A stretch of 64,000 nt of DNA from NCBI RefSeq assembly GCF_009914755.1, contig NC_060938.1. One strand, written 5' to 3'. Every line of letters starts with the position of its first letter. Positions within the stretch are counted from its first letter, which is position 1. The notes beneath the pieces were generated by a model, which saw only the letters and a list, made by a program, of their open reading frames with translations, was not told the origin of the DNA and made no database searches. The position numbers and the translations under genes are program-made. The stretch comes from the human T2T-CHM13v2.0 reference genome, Homo sapiens. Positions 57,146 through 64,000 of the stretch are shown in pieces.

Positions 57146-57297
57146 TATTGTGAGACTTAAATGAACAAATGCATGTAAGGCACTTATTACCATAATGCCT
57201 GGCACTAAGAAATATTCAATAAATGTTAACTATTATTACTATTGTTGTTATTAGTCCAGAAACACAATCAATTTTCAAATAGGTAAAAATTCTGAAA

Positions 57298-57299
<2 letters not shown>

Positions 57300-57335
<36 letters not shown>
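57300..57335. repeat. (GT)18 microsatellite
   Basis: Perfect dinucleotide run. Confidence 0.96.
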
Positions 57336-57336
<1 letters not shown>

Positions 57337-58098
57337 GCAAAGAGACCTGCTAGAGTCAGTCCATTGAGAAGAATAAACCCATTTTCTCCCTTTTAAGATG
57401 TTTTTTGTCCTACACATGTTACCACTTCATATTGTTCATATTACCTAGAAAGTTATTTAGCTTTTGCTTTTCTCTTAGTTCCCCTTAATTTAGAAATCTG
57501 TAGGGCCTCCAGACAAATCTACATGCTCGGTCTGAATGGCCACCCATTCTGTTCACCGGTGTCTAGGCAGGAATGGGTATCTTAGAATCAAGCTACTCTC
57601 AATATAACCTACTCATCTCTAGGAATACTAACACCCATAACCAACTATCCCAAACAAACAGCCAAACCCCTCTCAAATTATTCTTAGGGTTGGAGTCAAA
57701 CAACTTATATTTTTGCCTCCCCTGGAACAAGTGCTTTAGCCATTATCTTCATCGTCCTGAACCTAAAGATACAAAAATAGGAGGCTCAGAGAGCTTTTCT
57801 GATTTGACATCACTCACAAAGGGAAAGGAGTGCAGGAGGAGAAGATCCCCCAAAGCAGTGGGTGGGGGTAGGAAGGAGACTATGTATTAATAAGAACCAA
57901 CACTGAATTATTGAAGACTACACACATCGATTACAACTATGACAAGCCCTTCAGTATTTTGAGCTTCAGTTTTCACCTCTGTAACGAGGTGATAAGACAA
58001 CCAGCTTCATAACATTCTTGTAAAGGTAACAAGAATGTAGCCAGAGCGTTCCCATTGTCTGGCTCCTGGGAAGGAATCCACTTATCATCTCATTTTTT

Positions 58099-58263
58099 TG
58101 GTATCTTTTTATTTTATCCATTTTTTTCTTGCTCTCCCTCCCCTAGTCCCCCACCCCGACAGGCCTCGGTGTGTGATGTTCCCCTCGCTGTCCACCTGTT
58201 CTCATTGTTCAACTCCCACTTATGAGTGACAACATGCAGTGTTTGGTTTTCTATTCCTGTGTA
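58099..58263 (-). mobile_element. Very short L1PA (PA7/8-like) 3' insertion
   Basis: L1 ORF2-end/3'UTR sequence (ctcattgttcaactcccacttatgagtg) flanked by a perfect 15-bp TSD atcatctcatttttt (58084-58098, 58264-58278) at a TT/AAAA site. Confidence 0.88.
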
Positions 58264-59129
58264 ATCATCTCATTTTTTAAAACTATAATCGGTTAATAAG
58301 GTAGTTTTATTACTCATTTTAAAAATAAGAAAATTGAGATTCAAATTGGGTAAATACTTTGCTCAGGCAGCCGCCTTAGGGATAATGAGTAGAAATCGAA
58401 TTTTTAGTAAGGTACCTTGGTATGTATTAATATCATATTTTAAATTTTCCTTACTATAACCCCTATTTTATTTCATCACTTCCTTTATAATGAGAATAAC
58501 TGCCTTTTACCTTGTCCCCTACATCCACACACATATTTATAGAGTTATTTATCCCCTAAGTCCTCTTAACCCAAGACTGAACATGTGAAATTCACTTCCC
58601 TCTTCCTCAAGGGTCTTGTTTTTGAAACATTTCATCATTTTGTTGCTTTCCACTGTGCTTCCCTGAGTATCTTACCATGGGGGAATTTATTTCAAATTGC
58701 ATCACTCACGGAAGACAATTCTAGGGAAAAAAATGTCAGGTCAACACTGAAGGCTCACTTGATCCTTCACATCTTCAAGTGGCCTTGCTCTTATTAATGG
58801 ATTGTCGTGAATGATCTTTTACAATTTTGCCCCAAAGGTCAAGAAGAGAAAATTCAATAAGTAGTAAAACACTATAAGTGGAAATCACTACGTATGTTTG
58901 CATTAAGCCAGATGTTTAATAGATAAATGTCAGATGAAGAAAAACTCAAGAATATTATAGGTAGATTCCACTGTAATCTTTTTACCACATTTGCACCAAG
59001 ATTGGTTCTCAAGTATAAAATCAAAATGAAAAACAGCAAACATCACTTGCTCAGAGCAAAAGACACATTTAATAATAAACATCAAGGAGGTTTCACAATA
59101 AAGTCAATGGCAATATCTCAGGACTGAAG

Positions 59130-59350
59130 GTAAAAAGACTTTCATACTGTGTTCAGTATCCTACAATGGCTTTGTATTCGCTACGTGGCCTTAGGCAAAT
59201 TACTTAAAATTTCTGAGTGTCAGTTACTTCATCTGTAAAATAAGAGGCAATAGGATTGGCCTATTATTTTAAGGATTGACTGACACATGGATATAACACT
59301 ATATCTGGGACACAGTGGGTACTCAATCAGTGGTTATGTCATTATCATTA
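59130..59350 (+). mobile_element. MIR SINE
   Basis: gtggccttaggcaaattacttaaaatttctgagtgtcagttacttcatctgtaaaat...ctgggacacagtgggtactcaat. Confidence 0.65.
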
Positions 59351-60247
59351 CCATAAGTCTTTTCTAACATGTGAGAAGGTGCATAGTACAGTATGAGGTA
59401 GATAGTGCCTACGTATTTTCCTAAACTATGAAATCTTTGCCCTTTGCCTTCACATGCTTCATGCAGCCTTTTAACATACAGGTGAAAAAGCTAATGAGTA
59501 ATGAAGTGAATTTAAAAAACAAGGTGTTTGAGAGGATGCAGCCAGGATGCCCATTTTATTGTCATCTCAAAGTTTAAAAACTTAGTGTTAGGAAAATGCA
59601 TTTGACATTGGAATCAGGGCATCTCTTGCTTCAAGTAGAATTCTGTGTGTGTTGGGCCTTTATAGAGCTCTTGAGGATCTTATTATAAGATGACATCATC
59701 TTTATCTTGCTTCCACAGACAACTCCTACAATGCTGTTTTCTGAGGCTCCAGAGTATAATCTATGCATTTTCTGCCTGCCAAGAAATTCAGCTCTTTCCT
59801 CCCTCAAGTTGCTCAATAACTAAATTGATGATTCTACTAATTTGGGCACCACCCTGTGTCTTTATTAGGACCTGCTCTCCATCGCATGTCTTAAAAGTAT
59901 TGAAAAAGTCATAAGGGGTTGACATTGGAAACCACACTGTCTTGTTCCATACTACATTCTAAACATTTGCTGTCAAGGTTAAAGAGAAACTAATGAGAAA
60001 TCTAAAACTCAGGGGAAAAGGCTTTCAAAAGACCTGAATCATTAGGGTACTCTGTTTAAAGCCCCATCTTTTGTTCATAATAAAAATTAGACCTTTTTTT
60101 GTCATGTTACAGAAACAATACATGTTCACTGTAGAAAACTAAATGCAGATAAGACAAAAGAAGGTAAAAACACCAATAATTTTACACACAAGTTGGGAAT
60201 CCATGATTAACCTTAGGGGTGATTTATGTACATCATATATATATAAA

Positions 60248-60618
60248 TTTATGGCCACTCTGCTTTGGGGTAAGTTGTTCTGTAGCAATAGACAGCTGGA
60301 ACAAGTAGCAAGCAAGTTTCTATTATGTTGGTGTTTTAGTCAAGAATCTACTGAGGAACTGAACCAATAGGATACACACACATATGCATGCACACACACA
60401 TATAGCTATAGCAGGGGGATTTATTATAAAGAACTGGCTCACAGGATTATGAAGACTGAGAAGTCCCACGATTTGCCCTCTCCAAGCTGGAGACCTAGGA
60501 AAGTTGGTGGTATAATTCATCTGTGCCCAAACGCCTGAGAACTGGGGAGCCAGTGGTGTAAATCCAAGTCTAAGAGCTGGAGATGACATGAGATGTACCA
60601 GCTCAAGAAGTGAGGCAG
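60248..60618. repeat. Duplicated segment: MLT1 3' end + spacer + partial MLT2C, paralogous to 62859-63576
   Basis: Colinear similarity across two different LTRs and the linker acaagtagcaagYaagttt; see findings. Confidence 0.85.
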
Positions 60619-60882
60619 CAATCATGTGTGCATATGTGTGTCTTTAGGAGTACTGTATATATCAAGATAAAAGGGGCATTAACGAGTACTATCCAAGTGT
60701 GGCCATTTTCCCATTTGGGGAGAAGGTCAAGAAAGAGATGAACAAGTACCTTTCCCTAGGTTGGATGGATGTAGAGGACTTGAGCTATCAGGCTCTGCTT
60801 TTGCAGATTTCCTGTCTGCACTGCAGTCTCTGTGTGACAACTCACAATGGTTACAGTCTACTGTATATAACAGCCTTGCAGT

Positions 60883-61341
60883 TAAGGGAGGAGACCACCC
60901 CGATATTGTCTTATGCCCAATTTCTGCCTCCGAAGAAAAAAAGAAGTAAAAACTAAAAGGCAGAAATGAAACCCACAGGCAGACAGCCCGGCGCCACACC
61001 CTGGGGCTAGTAGTTAAAGATCAACCCCTGACCTAATCGGTTATGCTATCTATAGATTACAGACATTGTATGGAAAAATCCCTGTCCTGTTCTGTTCCAT
61101 TCTAATTACCAGTGCAGGTGCATGCAGCCCCCAGTCATGTACCCCCTGCTTGCTCAATCAATCATGACCCTCTCACACGGACCCCCTTAGAGTTGTAAGC
61201 CCTTAAAAGGGACAGGAATTGCTCACTCGGGGAGCTCAGTTTTTGGAGACGTGAGTCTGTCAATGCTCCCAGCTGAATAAAGCCCTTTCCTTCTACAGTT
61301 CGGTGTCTAAGGGGTTCTTGTCTGCGGCTCGTCCTGCTACA
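60883..61341 (+). mobile_element. LTR2 (HERV-E/Harlequin, ERV1) solo LTR
   Basis: taagggaggagaccaccc...cccttaaaagggacagg...aataaa (61276-61281)...gtcctgctaca; perfect 4-bp TSD cagt (60879-60882, 61342-61345). Confidence 0.9.
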
Positions 61342-61956
61342 CAGTAAGTGGTGCCTTGGAGGAATGATGAGAGCCATGAAAGGAGAAAAGCTTTGGTTCC
61401 ACCAATTCTCCTCCAAGGAACAATGGTAGTAACAGTAGCACAACTAGCAAAGGTGTTTTTCCCAGAGCTCCAAAAGCTCACCAGCAAAGAGACTCCACGG
61501 CAGAGCAGAAAGCAGCGATCAGTGGTCAGGAAAGAGCAGAGGTGCTGTGTGCAGCATGTTGGATGAAGGCAAAGATGTGAGAAAACATTCTCGTTTTTTG
61601 AAAAGAAAAACACAGAAGGGAAGTCATATTGTGAAGATGTAAAGAGAAGCTAAATCCTCTTATTGTCTGAATAAAGCATAGCCACAGACTATGGCCTAAC
61701 TAGGTGGCCAGCACCAGCGTTTCACATACATTTTTAACTTAAAATTCAACTGCTTTCTGAAAATTTAAGTGGCTGTTCTATAGTACTGTGGTACACTGTT
61801 TACAAAGACAGCCACCATCAATCCTTTCCCTCCCTGTAAGCTCATGCTGCGTCATGGATCAGAAGGTAGAGTCTTTTTCCTCTCCCCTTAAACCTGAGTG
61901 GCTTTGTGACTTGCCTTGACCAATAGAATGCAGTGGAAGCGACACTGTGGCAATTT

Positions 61957-62523
61957 GGGTACCTACTACCCCTAGACAAAGACTACCAGGAGCATCACCT
62001 GTAGTCAGACAACATTGGGTTATTGACTAGCTGTAGTGAGAGGGAATGTGCACCAGGGGGCGCTGTGCAGTGTCTCGGTGAGAGGGTGTCAGACGTGGAG
62101 AGCTTGGGCTTGTGGTAGGCGATTTGGAGAGTTCAAGGAAGTGTGTCCTTTTTTCTGGAATGGATGCTGTCAGGCAGTGGGAGCAATTCTGTGATTGAGT
62201 ATCTTAATTTTTATCTAGAAGGCAGAAAGAATGGAATGAGACACATTATAACTGGTAAAGAGGCAGTAGTCATTCATATGAGTCATAATGTTCTTGTTTT
62301 TATCTGTATTTGGACATGATTATGGAGTGATCTTTGTTCCAGCTTGGTCACAGAATAACTTTGTCTGATGTCATTCTTCAGTAGAAATGTTTGTGTTTAC
62401 TAGAAAAAACAAACAAACAAAAACATGATCTAGTAGTGAGTACAAGGACAGCTCCAAGTAACACCACCGTTTAGCTGATAGTACCCAGCCAGCATTCCAT
62501 GTCAAGATTGTTTCTCTTTTGTA
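61957..62523 (-). mobile_element. MER89-like ERV1 LTR
   Basis: cacctgtagtcagacaacattgggttattgact...; minus-strand start aaagagaaacaatcttgacat...gctggctgggtactatcagcta. Confidence 0.55.
62047..62065 (+). promoter_or_regulatory. CTCF-like motif
   Basis: TGTGCACCAGGGGGCGCTG vs canonical TGGCCACCAGGGGGCGCTA (16/19); binding not demonstrated. Confidence 0.45.
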
Positions 62524-62937
62524 AGAGCATAAACTTTAACAGGACTGACAACCTCCAATTTCACTTGGGATAAGCCAGCCACAGTGTAAAAAGTCCAACT
62601 ATTTTGAGACCACCATGCTAGGAAGAAGCTCACACTAGCTATATGGATAAATCATGCCAAAGAAAACCATGAATCCCAGCTGAAAACAAAAACTAAGTTG
62701 CCAATCAAATGGCTGTGGTCAAGCCATCCCAGCAACCCCCTTTTGAGCTATCTCAGCTGACACTTTAGCTATCACAGAGCAGAGAGAAACAAGCTCTCCT
62801 TGATATGGCTTAATGAAATTCCTGGTCCACAGAATCCTGAGAAATAAAATGGCTATTGTTTATGGCCGCTATACTCTGGGGTAAATTATTCTACAGCGAT
62901 AGATAGCTGAAACAAGTAGCAAGTAAGTTTATATCAT

Positions 62938-63298
62938 TGTATTAGCCTGTTTTTACACTGCTATAAGGAATACCTGAGACTGGGTAATTTATGAATGAAA
63001 GAGGTTTAATTGACTCACAGTTCCAGATGGCTGGGGAGGCCTCAGGAAACTTACAATCATGGCAGAAGGCAATGGGTAAGCAAGGCATGTCTCCCCACAG
63101 TGGCAAGAGAGAGCATGAAGGAGGAACTGCCAAACACGTAAAAAACTATTAGATCTCATGAGAACTCACTATCATGAGAACAGCATGGGGAAAACCGCCC
63201 CCATGATCCAACCACCTCCCACCAGGTCCCTCCCTTGACACCTGGGGATTATAATTCGAGATGAGATTTGGGTGGGGACATAAAGCCAAATCATTTCC
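62938..63298 (-). mobile_element. THE1D-like solo LTR
   Basis: tgtattagcctgtttttacactgctataaggaatacctgagactggg...gggtggggaca; perfect TSD atcat (62933-62937, 63299-63303). Confidence 0.9.
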
Positions 63299-63308
63299 AT
63301 CATGCTGG

Positions 63309-63807
63309 TGTATTACTCAAGAATCTTCAGAGAAACAAAACCAATAGGACACACACAAACACACACACAAACATATAGTGAAAGGATTTATTGTAAAGAA
63401 TTGGCTCACCGATTATGAAGGCTCAGAAGTCCCACAATCTGCCCTCCCTAAGCTGAAGACTTAGGAAAGTTGGTGTAATTCATCTGTGCCCACAGGCCTG
63501 AGAACCAGGGAGCCAATTGTATAAACCCAAGTCTAAGGGCAGGATATAAGATGAGATGCACCAGCTCAAGAAGTGAAACGGGAAAAAAAGGGAGGGAGGC
63601 AGATTCCTCCTTCCTCTGCCTTTTGTTCTATTCAGGGCCTCAACAGATTGGATGACACCAGCCCTCCTTGGGGAAGGTAATCTGCTTTACTGGATCCACC
63701 AAGTCAGATGCTAATCTCTTCTAGAAACATTCTCAAAAGCCCAGAAATAATTTTTATCTCAGCACCTTGTGATCCAGTCAAGTTGACACATAAAATTAAC
63801 CATCACA
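63309..63807 (-). mobile_element. MLT2C-like solo LTR, complete
   Basis: tgtattactc...accaatagg...aagaattggctcac...caagttgacacataaaattaaccatcaca; perfect TSD gctgg (63304-63308, 63808-63812). Confidence 0.88.
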
Positions 63808-64000
63808 GCTGGTAAGATAGGCCTTGCTTAATTCAAAACTAAAGTGTTGGACACTGCAATCATCATTTAAAATTATGAAAAGATTCATCACAGGTTAATG
63901 CAAATAATCATCCCCTCCTCTTTATACCATAAGAGCAAATGTCAGTATATTATATGTCTGGGGAAGAGTATATCCTTATATTAATAACCTAACTTTATAC

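Larger units (their letters stand above)
61787..62914 (+). mobile_element. MLT1H-like LTR, split by a MER89-like LTR
   Basis: tgtggta...gtgacttgccttgaccaatagaatgcagtggaag | gagaccaccatgct...ccacagaatcctgagaaataaaat...gatagatagctgaaaca. Confidence 0.7.

Overview
This is primate (catarrhine, most likely human or great ape) non-coding genomic DNA, either intergenic or deep intronic. I find no recognisable host protein-coding exon, RNA gene, CpG island or prokaryotic system. Much of the window is interspersed repeats. These include a full-length, ORF-disrupted L1PA4/5-like LINE-1 (~32037-38218, minus), an ancient decayed ERVL provirus with an MLT2D-type LTR and three nested MaLR LTRs (~43337-48791), and an MSTA MaLR element interrupted by an oppositely oriented THE1 (16940-20155). 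There is also a HAL1 remnant with nested THE1 and Alu insertions, nine Alu/FRAM copies including a near-consensus AluY inside an older Alu, several solo LTRs (LTR18, LTR2/HERV-E, MER57 x2, MER21, MER89, MLT1/2), DNA transposon fossils (MER44C, MER58A, MER5A, MER20) and many L2/MIR fragments. All long ORFs derive from these repeats. The signals not explained by simple transposition are: three short, same-orientation, non-tandem local duplications that cross repeat boundaries; fold-back hairpins at the L1 5' junction; a TSD-flanked L1 3' fragment lacking its normal terminus; a splice donor next to the LTR2 promoter; and a strong CTCF-like motif. Subfamily names come from my recollection of consensus sequences and need RepeatMasker/Dfam confirmation. 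I see no evidence of a new multi-gene biological system.
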